This document shows positions 19,722 through 27,678 of a stretch of 55,810 nucleotides of DNA, in pieces. The translations under genes and the position numbers were made by a program. The notes beneath the pieces are model-generated. The model ran no database searches. It worked only from the letters and a program-made list of their open reading frames with translations, and was not told the origin of the DNA. Position 1 is the stretch's first letter. Every line of letters starts with the position of its first letter. The stretch is from positions 1 through 55,810 of the IMG/VR virus record IMGVR_UViG_3300023184_005760; one strand, given 5' to 3'. The stretch is from a virus (lineage: Duplodnaviria > Caudoviricetes).

Positions 19722-20103
19722 GACGCATTCTTGAAATCTCTACTGCTTCTTCGTCTGAGAACACAGGAACCGCGTTTGACTTGTGCATGGTAGCGATACC
19801 TTTGACCTTGGTACCTGTGTACACTTTGTAGACAGGTGCTGTTGATCCACCCGGAGTCGACAGGCTGGGAATGTGTGCGGTGCTACGACCGGCAGGAGTG
19901 GTCAATTTGTATGTGAGTGGCTCAGCCTTCATTGCTCGTTTGCGACGCTTTTCTTCTGCGTCCACTTCCCACTTTTTTTGCAGTTCTTTCCACGAGGCAT
20001 CCAGTTCACGTGCCTTGCGAGCCTCGTCTGCATTACGAAACTTGACCTTGCCCCGCTTCTTGCCATTGAGACTAAGACTGGGGTGGTGTAGATGCATGCT
20101 CAT
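19714..20103 (-). CDS. Basic hypothetical phage protein
   Basis: Lys/Arg-rich; C-terminal YTGTKVKGIATMHKSNAVPVF. Confidence 0.7.
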   Translation of the reverse strand: MSMHLHHPSLSLNGKKRGKVKFRNADEARKARELDASWKELQKKWEVDAEEKRRKRAMKAEPLTYKLTTPAGRSTAHIPSLSTPGGSTAPVYKVYTGTKVKGIATMHKSNAVPVFSDEEAVEISRMRRG

Positions 20104-20293
20104 TGGGTGCGTCCTTTGCTAGTAGTTCAAAACAAAAATACTCGTCACAGAGACTACCAGGATCTTCTGCTCGCTTGTGCAAGCGGCAATAGCCGTTGCC
20201 AGTGTAGGCGCCGCTCTCATCTCCGTTGAACTGGAAATAGGCACAGTGATCACAGCACAAGGCTCGCTCATCGCAGTTGGGGCACAGTCTCAT
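20072..20293 (-). CDS. Cys-rich small protein (metal-binding)
   Basis: CPNC, CCDHC, CRLH and CDEYFC. Confidence 0.55.
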   Translation of the reverse strand: MRLCPNCDERALCCDHCAYFQFNGDESGAYTGNGYCRLHKRAEDPGSLCDEYFCFELLAKDAPNEHASTPPQS

Positions 20294-20520
20294 TTTTTCA
20301 ATAACTCCATGGTGTATTCAGTATCGCGCATGTGAGCCACGGGTTTGAGCCAACCGTTGCTAATGCACTCAGCAATGATCAATCGATATTCGCGTGGGCA
20401 TTCTACACTGACCTCAAAACTTGCTCTAGGAACCAGTTTGATGCCATCAGGCGAGAATGAGAAATCTGCGTCTTTGGAACGTAGAGTTTTGTGTGGGCGA
20501 CCTGTTGAAATCTTAATCAT
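20290..20520 (-). CDS. Hypothetical early protein with a leaderless start
   Basis: ATG lies 5 nt after TATAAT. Confidence 0.65.
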   Translation of the reverse strand: MIKISTGRPHKTLRSKDADFSFSPDGIKLVPRASFEVSVECPREYRLIIAECISNGWLKPVAHMRDTEYTMELLKK

Positions 20521-20525
20521 GCTTT

Positions 20526-20554
20526 ATTATAGCATATTCAGGATTATTTGTCAA
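20526..20554 (-). promoter_or_regulatory. Sigma70 early promoter
   Basis: TTGACA-17-TATAAT. Confidence 0.85.
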
Positions 20555-20564
20555 GTAGTACTTT

Positions 20565-20879
20565 TTACTTAAACAGGATCAAGGCCATGAACCCGGCTTG
20601 CAGTATAAATCCAAACCCAATTGTGATGATGTTCAGCATGTCTTTTAGTACCACTGCTCGCATGAACAGCAGGACCAGACCGCTCCACAAGAACAAGATG
20701 ATGTCCAGACTTGGAGTTCGGTCGCTGAGTCCGGTCATGAGTGCCAGGAAACTGGGCAGGGTTGCACAATGCAACACAATGGCCGCTAACCAACCTAGTG
20801 TGTCTGCTGAAAGTCTTGCTAGGCTGTTGGTGATATAATCACGAACAGCAACAATTGCAACAGGAAAATTAAAAGGCAT
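20565..20879 (-). CDS. Small membrane protein (about 3 TM helices)
   Basis: Three hydrophobic segments; GGAG RBS before MPFNF. Confidence 0.65.
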   Translation of the reverse strand: MPFNFPVAIVAVRDYITNSLARLSADTLGWLAAIVLHCATLPSFLALMTGLSDRTPSLDIILFLWSGLVLLFMRAVVLKDMLNIITIGFGFILQAGFMALILFK

Positions 20880-20907
20880 TACGTTCTCCGTAAAAGATAC
20901 AAAATAG

Positions 20908-20936
20908 ATTATACAAGAATTAGATGATTGCGTCAA
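20908..20936 (-). promoter_or_regulatory. Sigma70 early promoter
   Basis: TTGACG-17-TATAAT. Confidence 0.8.
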
Positions 20937-20946
20937 GCAGGATGGA

Positions 20947-21666
20947 TTACTTGCGTGTTAATTTATCGATTTTTGCCAGTGCGTCTGGACTGGCTTCGGG
21001 CAATACACCCTTGGGCCCAAGTCTGCCTTTGTTTGCTTGAATGCTACCTTTAAGTTGATTAGCATAGCCGCCTCCGATTGTGCCTTTGCGACCTGTTCTA
21101 TCTGTTTTACGCAAATCATCTGGACCAGGTGGTTTTCTATCACGCAGTCTGTCAAAGTTAGGTGCTCGACCGCCATGATCACCGCCACCACCTCTTAATG
21201 CTCGCATTGCATCGCCCATGTTCTTGAAGGTACCTTTAACTTCATCGTCATATTCGCCATGATAGTCAACAGTGACTTCACCAGTTTTCAAATTGTGTTC
21301 AATGCTTCCACCGGCATAGAAACCACCTTCACCATCATCCCATTCAAATTTTTCTATATTAGGGTTACGGGATTTGACTTGATGCCAGCCACTCCAATTA
21401 CCACTTAGTGTATCAAGTGCTTTGCCCAAGTTACCTTCACCTTCCGCCACACCTTGTTCTTTTAACTTGTCTTGAATCTTTTTATAGCGTTGGAAGTTGG
21501 CATCTTTATCCGCATCAGTTTTACCAAACTTTCCAGCATCCATCTTTCGATCAATTTCACGCTTGGCATGCCCAGGAACAACCTTGCGTAGAGTCTGTGG
21601 CAAGCCTTCCGCCACACCTTGCTGGGCAGTTTCTATTAAGTTAATGTAATCTCTAAATGTTTTCAT
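20947..21666 (-). CDS. Putative internal head protein with QGVAEG linkers
   Basis: MKTFRDYINLIE leader, two QGVAEG motifs, charged modules; two TAAATA boxes upstream (21683-21697). Confidence 0.65.
   Translation of the reverse strand: MKTFRDYINLIETAQQGVAEGLPQTLRKVVPGHAKREIDRKMDAGKFGKTDADKDANFQRYKKIQDKLKEQGVAEGEGNLGKALDTLSGNWSGWHQVKSRNPNIEKFEWDDGEGGFYAGGSIEHNLKTGEVTVDYHGEYDDEVKGTFKNMGDAMRALRGGGGDHGGRAPNFDRLRDRKPPGPDDLRKTDRTGRKGTIGGGYANQLKGSIQANKGRLGPKGVLPEASPDALAKIDKLTRK
21440..21621 (-). repeat. 17-bp identical direct repeat CAAGGTGTGGCGGAAGG
   Basis: Copies at 21440-21456 and 21605-21621, both in frame encoding QGVAEG. Confidence 0.9.
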
Positions 21667-21708
21667 AATGAGTCCTTTTTACTATTTACCCTATTTACGT
21701 TAAAATAG

Positions 21709-21776
21709 TATAAATATAGGTGTAGTTCGCGGAACGGGAATTCCCAACTACTCTAACGCTTGAAGGAGCAATCAGC
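21709..21776 (+). promoter_or_regulatory. TATAAATA late promoter and structured leader of the homing endonuclease gene
   Basis: TATAAATA 21709-21716; GTAGTT/AACTAC and GGAA/TTCC stems; short GCT/AGC stem over AAGGAG. Confidence 0.6.
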
Positions 21777-22457
21777 ATGAATATTTACTATGTTTACGCA
21801 TATCTGCGTAGCAAAGACTCAGAAACTGCAAAAGCAGGAACTCCATACTATATCGGTAAAGGCAAAGGCGACCGTGCTATACGCAGACATCCGGGCGTTA
21901 GTGTCCCAACCGACAGATCCAAAATAGTTTTCATCGAGCAAAATTTAACCAATGTGGGTGCTTGTGCTATCGAACGCAGATTGATTCGTTGGTATGGTCG
22001 CAAAGACTTAGGAACAGGCATTTTACTCAATAAAACTCATGGTGCAGATGGTGGCAAAGGCGGAAGTCCAAAAGGTAGAGTGTTTTCGGAAAAAATGCGA
22101 AAAAAGTTGTCCGAAGCAGGCACAAAAAGAGTGCAGTCTGAGGGAACTAAACAAAAAATTCGAATTGCAAAAACGGGCAAGAAAAGACCGCCATTTAGCA
22201 AGGAGTGGTTAGATAATCTATCAAAGTCTCATACTGGTAAGAATAAAAACCCAATGAGTGAATCTCAAAAACAACATCTTAGAGATTTAAATAGCAAGCC
22301 GATATATTGTGTGACTAACAATACTTGGTACAAATCTAAGAGAGCCGCTGCCTCTCTGTTAGGGTTAAAACCAGGTAATATAACACACTGCCTATTAGGT
22401 TATCAAAAATCAACCGGAGGTTTTACTTTTGCTCGTAAAAAATGTGATGACCAATAG
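21777..22457 (+). mobile_element. Free-standing GIY-YIG-type homing endonuclease with NUMOD-like DNA-binding repeats
   Basis: YYVYAYLR...PYYIGKG...R...ERRLI...LLNKT.G.DGG; basic repeats KKLSEA and KQKIRIAK; C-terminal HTH; opposite strand to its neighbours. Confidence 0.85.
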
Positions 22458-23007
22458 TAGTGACTCGATTCAATCTTTTGGACCAGCCCGGATCTGATAT
22501 ATAGTCGGCGTGGTAAAATAACGCATTTTTGATACCGGGCAATCTAAAGTTTTCTAACAGAACTTTTTTGGCCACCAATTCCGATTCGGCCCATAGGGGT
22601 TGATGTATTGGACGAGTTTTATGGGTGCTTTCGCACACCCAACTGAACTGGCAGATTACTCGTTCGTAGAATACGTTTTTCTGATAGATCACACCGCATA
22701 CTGAATCGCCAAAGCGTCCCGATGCCAGTCTATTCATTGTGACTTGGGCCACAGCAACTTTGCCTTCAAAAGGCTCTGATGCGGCTTCCCAGTAGATGTT
22801 ACGTGTCAAACAATCCAAGGATTGAATTTTTTCTTGGGCTGTGACATAACCGGCGGGCATGGATTCAATGCCTGCGCGGAGATTGGTTAGTTTGTGATTG
22901 CTCACAGCGATCACAGCGAGAGCAATGATCCAAAGTCCTGCGACTCGGAACGCTCTCAAACTCCAAATTGCGATTTGATCGCTGATATGGTTTACTTGTG
23001 CTTTCAT
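22423..23007 (-). CDS. SleB-like cell wall hydrolase (Hydrolase_2)
   Basis: [25 protein letters not shown]...CQFSW...FYHADY...IGHHIFY; N-terminal TM segment. Confidence 0.9.
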   Translation of the reverse strand: MKAQVNHISDQIAIWSLRAFRVAGLWIIALAVIAVSNHKLTNLRAGIESMPAGYVTAQEKIQSLDCLTRNIYWEAASEPFEGKVAVAQVTMNRLASGRFGDSVCGVIYQKNVFYERVICQFSWVCESTHKTRPIHQPLWAESELVAKKVLLENFRLPGIKNALFYHADYISDPGWSKRLNRVTTIGHHIFYEQK

Positions 23008-23088
23008 GGTAGTTTTACTTACTCAGTTGATTGCAGAACCGGCAAAGACCGGGCCAAAATGATGCCGTTTTGTAGTAAACGGCGCGGT

Positions 23089-23865
23089 TTACTCAGGGAT
23101 TCGGCACACAGGAATTGGTTCCATCTTGTGCAGGTTTCTGGCTCGAATTGCTCGATACCGCTTGAGGTTGGCTTTTTCAGTCGCGGTCATGGTTTGATCT
23201 CCAGACTGGTCCAGCCACATGGCACGTTCCAGATCAGGGTAACTCATGCCCAGTTGCCCTTCGTCTGTACGTCCGTCATCCCAGAGCCCGTCGGTGGGTT
23301 CTGCGTCAATTATTTCTTGTGGCAAACCAAACTCACGGCCCATGTCCCACACGTCTGTTTTCATGCAGTCGCCAATGGGGCTAATATCCACGCCACCGTC
23401 ACCATACTTGGTAAAAAAGCCCACACCAAAGTCTTCCACGCGGTTGCCTGTGCCCACCACAATACCGCCATAACTTTGAGCAATTTGATACAGGGTCATC
23501 ATGCGCAGTCTAGCACGTGAGTTGGCAAATGCCAGAGTTATGTCTGTGCTGTCTCTGCAAATGGGTTCCAGTTTCTTTTCAAATGCTGTGAACACTGAGG
23601 TCATGTCCATGCTCACATAGGTGACATTTTTGTAACGCTCCAGCAACCAGTCGGCCTGCATACTACTGCGATTGTCCAGTTTGCGATTTTGGCGTATGGG
23701 CATCTGCACCACAATGGTTTGGAGCCCTGTTTCGGCGCATAAAGCGGATACCACTGAGGAGTCAATGCCTCCTGAAATACCCACCACCAAAGTGTCGATT
23801 TTGGCACTCCGGGCATAGGACTTGATCCACTTGACGATGTGTTTGATTCTTTGTTTGTGTGTCAT
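23089..23865 (-). CDS. nadE: NH3-dependent NAD+ synthetase
   Basis: VGISGGIDS, NSRARLRM, GTGN..E, FFTKYGDG and PTDGLW motifs; start probably MTHKQ. Confidence 0.93.
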   Translation of the reverse strand: MTHKQRIKHIVKWIKSYARSAKIDTLVVGISGGIDSSVVSALCAETGLQTIVVQMPIRQNRKLDNRSSMQADWLLERYKNVTYVSMDMTSVFTAFEKKLEPICRDSTDITLAFANSRARLRMMTLYQIAQSYGGIVVGTGNRVEDFGVGFFTKYGDGGVDISPIGDCMKTDVWDMGREFGLPQEIIDAEPTDGLWDDGRTDEGQLGMSYPDLERAMWLDQSGDQTMTATEKANLKRYRAIRARNLHKMEPIPVCRIPE

Positions 23866-24386
23866 ATGTTTAAATTTGGTTTGGGCATGCTTTTTAATTG
23901 CTTCCACATGTTTGCTTTTTCTTGGCATTTTTTCTCTAACTTACGATATCTCTCTCCTAACTTACGCAATTGATCCCATTCTTTTTCAAGGTCGGGATTG
24001 GGTGTCAAGATGTTGAGACGTTCTTCAACCTTCTCCATCCAGGTCTTGAGACTTTTATCATTGATCAAGAGATCAGCATTCTCACCTTTGATATGGACTG
24101 TGTTGTTGGGCTGGATGTTTTGTCCAGCAAAACTGTAACTGCCAGCAGTGGTATTGTTGGTCCAAATAGGGCTACTAATATTGATACCGGTGGCACTCAT
24201 TGTACCGCCACCAATTGTGACATTGGGCACAGCACCGTAAAAAGGATGACTAGTTCCAGTACCACCACTACTAACGGTGAGTGGCTCAATAGTATCGGCA
24301 GTCCACTTGAAGTGAGTATCTTCTAAAGATTTTGTGTTGAGTTGTTCGAGCAACTCGCTAATGTCTTTGATTTCTGTAACAGCCAT
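23862..24386 (-). CDS. Hypothetical phage protein
   Basis: Low-complexity middle, helical C-terminus (VEERLNILTPNPDLEKEW); start probably MAVTE. Confidence 0.65.
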   Translation of the reverse strand: MAVTEIKDISELLEQLNTKSLEDTHFKWTADTIEPLTVSSGGTGTSHPFYGAVPNVTIGGGTMSATGINISSPIWTNNTTAGSYSFAGQNIQPNNTVHIKGENADLLINDKSLKTWMEKVEERLNILTPNPDLEKEWDQLRKLGERYRKLEKKCQEKANMWKQLKSMPKPNLNI

Positions 24387-24520
24387 GAGCCGTCCTTTTG
24401 ATCTATCCATTGCACTGTGTCGCCTACTTTCCATCCGATTTCAGCACACAGTTCAAGACCCAAATCCAACAAGAGTTCTCCAGGATTGTCAGGGTCTTCT
24501 ACCACTTGAACCGTCGGCAT
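24323..24520 (-). CDS. AbrB/MazE-like small DNA-binding protein
   Basis: GELLLDL...IGWKVGDTVQW pattern. Confidence 0.55.
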   Translation of the reverse strand: MPTVQVVEDPDNPGELLLDLGLELCAEIGWKVGDTVQWIDQKDGSWLLQKSKTLASCSNNSTQNL

Positions 24521-24705
24521 TACTTGGCTGCCAAGGCTTCTTTTTCTGTGGTGATTTCTTTGCGGCGCTCTTTGATGCCCTTGCTCATTTCTTGCAGGGC
24601 TTTTCTAGCACGAGCGGCAGCGGCTTTGACGCCTTTTTCGGTGAACTTGGCATTCTCGGCCAAATAGGTTTCATAAGCGGCTACGATTTGTTCGTGTTGT
24701 GTCAT
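24520..24705 (-). CDS. Histone H1-like (Hc1-type) small basic protein
   Basis: KFTEKGVKAAAARARKALQE...RKEI; AAGGAG RBS. Confidence 0.7.
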   Translation of the reverse strand: MTQHEQIVAAYETYLAENAKFTEKGVKAAAARARKALQEMSKGIKERRKEITTEKEALAAK

Positions 24706-24732
24706 TTGTTTCTCCTTGTAACGACAATGTTA

Positions 24733-24761
24733 ATTATACAGCGGCTAGAAGGGGTTGTCAA
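24733..24761 (-). promoter_or_regulatory. Sigma70 early promoter
   Basis: TTGACA-17-TATAAT. Confidence 0.85.
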
Positions 24762-24776
24762 TAACTTGATGTTCTT

Positions 24777-25025
24777 TTAGTCTAGATAAATGTGTCTCTT
24801 GAGCCAGGTGTCCCATACTGTGACAGAGGCAAAGTTATGCGACCAAGTCACACGAAACTGCTCGAATGCACGTTGATCATGAAGCATCATTCGGTTGCCC
24901 GAGATGTTGGCGTGTTCAATTCGATTCTCTTTGATCCAGGTTCGAAATAACGATTCTGCTTGATTGTTGTTGCGCAAGATCACAATGTACAGTGGTTCCA
25001 CTGCACGATAATTGGGTATAGACAT
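24777..25025 (-). CDS. Hypothetical protein
   Basis: 82 aa, TAATG-coupled. Confidence 0.6.
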   Translation of the reverse strand: MSIPNYRAVEPLYIVILRNNNQAESLFRTWIKENRIEHANISGNRMMLHDQRAFEQFRVTWSHNFASVTVWDTWLKRHIYLD

Positions 25026-25276
25026 TAATGGATGGTAGCGTCCCGGGGGACTTGTTGTGGTGTGCTTTTATTTAATTCCCGAAGCATGGCACCAAACTTT
25101 TCATCCAGTTCCAGCATCTCATTGTCATGCTCGGCGGCCTTGGCATCTGGCACTCCCAACAATCTCATCATGGCACCCATGTGTACCAAGGTTATGTTGT
25201 TGCCATACAGCACACCCATGACTTCAAGCATGACCGTTTGGATGCGCTCGTGTAAGTATTCATCTGGTTCAAGCAT
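25025..25276 (-). CDS. Hypothetical protein
   Basis: Start probably MLEPDEY, downstream of a terminator. Confidence 0.6.
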   Translation of the reverse strand: MLEPDEYLHERIQTVMLEVMGVLYGNNITLVHMGAMMRLLGVPDAKAAEHDNEMLELDEKFGAMLRELNKSTPQQVPRDATIH

Positions 25277-25309
25277 AGTATTAATTACCAACACCAACCA
25301 AAAAGCCAC

Positions 25310-25337
25310 AAAAAAGCGGCCCGAAAGCCGCTTTTTT
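25310..25337. terminator. Bidirectional rho-independent terminator
   Basis: AAAAAAGCGGC-CCGAAA-GCCGCTTTTTT. Confidence 0.8.
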
Positions 25338-25352
25338 GGCACTCCGGCCTGC

Positions 25353-25688
25353 TTATGCTTCTTGAGCAGTCTTGGTAGTTGCTTTAGGTGCAGAAGCCCT
25401 CACAGCCTTGACCTTAACTTCGCCTTTCTTGGCGATCTTTGACTTCTCAGCCAACTTGTTGGCTACAGCATAGCCAGCGTCGCCGTCTGTGATGCCCTGT
25501 TCAGTCAAGAACTGAAGAGCCTCTAACTTGGTCATTGCACGTGGCAATTCTACCAAGTTGATGTTGGTACATTTAGCCTTGTTAAGGATCTTGATGCGGG
25601 CTACCAAGTCGTTCGCAAAGCGAGCCTTAGTAGTACCATCGGAATTTGTAGCGGTACCTGCTACTGTAAAGAGTTTGTCTGCTGACAT
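25353..25688 (-). CDS. Basic hypothetical phage protein
   Basis: KARFANDL..RIKIL...LVELP..MTK; Lys/Ala-rich tail. Confidence 0.7.
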   Translation of the reverse strand: MSADKLFTVAGTATNSDGTTKARFANDLVARIKILNKAKCTNINLVELPRAMTKLEALQFLTEQGITDGDAGYAVANKLAEKSKIAKKGEVKVKAVRASAPKATTKTAQEA

Positions 25689-25756
25689 GATAGGTTGCCT
25701 TTCAAAGTTGCCTAAAGTTTAAAAAAATGCTTTGCATTACTGCTCAACATACCTAA

Positions 25757-25785
25757 ATTATAACAAAAGATGTGATATTGGTCAA
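25757..25785 (-). promoter_or_regulatory. Sigma70 early promoter
   Basis: TTGACC-17-TATAAT. Confidence 0.8.
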
Positions 25786-25822
25786 CCACTTTTGCAATAA
25801 TTTTTGGTTCTATTTGCCCGTT

Positions 25823-25951
25823 TTACTGGGCCAGTTCCTTGCTGGTTTGCTGGATGGTATGGACACCTTTGTCAAACATACGTGCCAATCCGGAGAAGCC
25901 CACTGTGGCAATCACCAAACCAAAAATAATACCAAGTACGAAGTTACGCAT
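25823..25951 (-). CDS. Small membrane protein (42 aa)
   Basis: Not in the ORF track: MRNFVLGIIFGLVIATVGFSGLARMFDKGVHTIQQTSKELAQ, AAGGA RBS. Confidence 0.65.
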   Translation of the reverse strand: MRNFVLGIIFGLVIATVGFSGLARMFDKGVHTIQQTSKELAQ

Positions 25952-25960
25952 AAAATTTCC

Positions 25961-26740
25961 TTAGATAATGCTCACACGGTTGAGTTGAGTAGAGCCGTCT
26001 CTGTGAGCCTTGACGGTTCCGGTAATAGTGTGTTTGGCACCCTTGGCCAGTTCTTGGCGGTATGCAAAAAACACAGCAGAGTTGTCTTGGGTAACGCCAG
26101 TGGCATACCAGGTATTCCATTGCTGACTGTAGTTGGATTTCACAATCTCAACTGCCAGAGTGACTTTGTCGCCAGGGGTGCCGATCACGGCGCCTGATGT
26201 TTGGCGCACTCGTTCTTGAACAGCCTGACGCTCTAAACTGCGAGCATGACTTTGTGGGAGACATGCAACCACAGCCAATTCCAATTTGTGTTTCACAGTA
26301 TCAAAGTCATCTTCAACTGCCAGCACCTTGCTAACAGAGCCATCAAACTCTGTGAGTTTGTTTTTAAGAGCACGGAAGGTAATGTCGTTTTGCAGGAACT
26401 TGCGGCACTCCTGTCCTTGTGCAATATCTTCTACAGTGAGCACAGCAGGATTAGCCAAAATGTCAAGCATGATATCGCGGTTGCGACGTTTGTCTATCAC
26501 AGTATTGCTGGACATTTCTGGATCAACCTTGTACATGGTCTCTTTCACATAAGAACCATTCATGCGTTGTGCCGCCACTGCCGCACCCCAAACATTGTCC
26601 ACCGAATGCTTGACACCTGCGGGCTTGGCCCGGGGTTTCCAAGTTTGGCGGGGCTGATATGTTTCATCGGCGTCAGCCGCATGATCCATCATGCGAATTT
26701 CACGGGCTGTCATGTTTGATACGTCTACAAATCCTGGCAT
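25961..26740 (-). CDS. Early protein with a probable C-terminal OB-fold
   Basis: IGTPGDKVTL.VEI...ITGTVKAH...TQLNRV; own promoter and AGGAG RBS. Confidence 0.65.
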   Translation of the reverse strand: MPGFVDVSNMTAREIRMMDHAADADETYQPRQTWKPRAKPAGVKHSVDNVWGAAVAAQRMNGSYVKETMYKVDPEMSSNTVIDKRRNRDIMLDILANPAVLTVEDIAQGQECRKFLQNDITFRALKNKLTEFDGSVSKVLAVEDDFDTVKHKLELAVVACLPQSHARSLERQAVQERVRQTSGAVIGTPGDKVTLAVEIVKSNYSQQWNTWYATGVTQDNSAVFFAYRQELAKGAKHTITGTVKAHRDGSTQLNRVSII

Positions 26741-26770
26741 ACTGGCTCCTAGTTGTGTTAATATGTGTAT

Positions 26771-26799
26771 ATTATAGCAGTTCGGCGATTATTGGTCAA
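26771..26799 (-). promoter_or_regulatory. Sigma70 early promoter
   Basis: TTGACC-17-TATAAT with extended TG. Confidence 0.85.
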
Positions 26800-27259
26800 C
26801 CGTTTCCACGGCTTGCATGGCTTCTGCAAGTGGTGTTAACCGATTACTTAATTCAGTAGAGTCGTAAGTATCACCCACATACCATACACCATCTTTCATC
26901 ACATAGTAAAACTCAGCACCGCAACCTTTGGCACGGTCCAGGAAGTCTTTAAACGTGTGATCTACTGACCAAGTGCATTCTGTTTCGCCGCGATCACGAT
27001 CGTAAAAGGTACACATGTTGCCATAGCGTTCTTCATAGTCGCTACCAGCATCAGCATCTAAACAAGAGAAAGGATGCTTTACACCAATCTCAGGACGCAG
27101 GCTTGACAAGTCGCCCAGGGCTACCAGTTGGTTGGCCTTAGAGGAGTCATAGTGCTCTTGCAATATAGCGCCATTGTGTTCCAAATAGCCATCCCAATGG
27201 CAGTAAACTGATTTGCAAACTTCACCGTGCATAACTGCAATACGACTACGTGTTCCCAT
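26789..27259 (-). CDS. Conserved-looking phage early protein
   Basis: MGTRSRIA...SVYCHWDGY; AAGGAG RBS fixes the start at 27259. Confidence 0.75.
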   Translation of the reverse strand: MGTRSRIAVMHGEVCKSVYCHWDGYLEHNGAILQEHYDSSKANQLVALGDLSSLRPEIGVKHPFSCLDADAGSDYEERYGNMCTFYDRDRGETECTWSVDHTFKDFLDRAKGCGAEFYYVMKDGVWYVGDTYDSTELSNRLTPLAEAMQAVETVDQ

Positions 27260-27289
27260 TCTGGACTCCTTTTTAGTTTCTATACAAGT

Positions 27290-27318
27290 ATTATAGCAAA
27301 AAGGGAATATTCGGTCAA
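27290..27318 (-). promoter_or_regulatory. Sigma70 early promoter
   Basis: TTGACC-17-TATAAT with extended TG. Confidence 0.85.
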
Positions 27319-27352
27319 CCAAAAGAAAAACCCACATTTCTGTAGGGTTTCG

Positions 27353-27370
27353 GTAGCACTAAAGTATTAC
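27353..27370. promoter_or_regulatory. Degenerate 8-2-8 palindrome
   Basis: GTAGCACT-AA-AGTATTAC. Confidence 0.55.
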
Positions 27371-27678
27371 CTTATTTGTACTACTTTTAGGTGGCGTTCT
27401 GCTACTAGTTCTTGCACGAATCCCAGTAACTGGTCAGGAGTCCAGTCATTGTCTAGCCACTCGGTTTCCCACTCATCTACTTTCCACAGCATGTCTCTAT
27501 TTTGAATTTTGATGATGTTTTCTAATCGTTTGATGTGTGTACTCGTGCCTTCAAACAGGTATGAAAAACGTGCTACACCTCCCCAGGCGCCGGTGTAGTC
27601 TTTTTCTCGACGTTCGTGGTCACCAGTAATGCCAAATCCTGTTCGGAATGGCCCGGGAAGGATGTAGAAGTAACTCAT
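27367..27678 (-). CDS. GIY-YIG / T5orf172-like small protein
   Basis: YFYI...GFGIT.D.ERR.KDY...LE...TEW. Confidence 0.5.
   Translation of the reverse strand: MSYFYILPGPFRTGFGITGDHERREKDYTGAWGGVARFSYLFEGTSTHIKRLENIIKIQNRDMLWKVDEWETEWLDNDWTPDQLLGFVQELVAERHLKVVQIR

Noticed and set aside
22894-23520. 208-aa plus-strand ORF, and 42686-43240 on the minus strand
   Set aside because: Antisense to well-supported genes, with no motifs or RBS.
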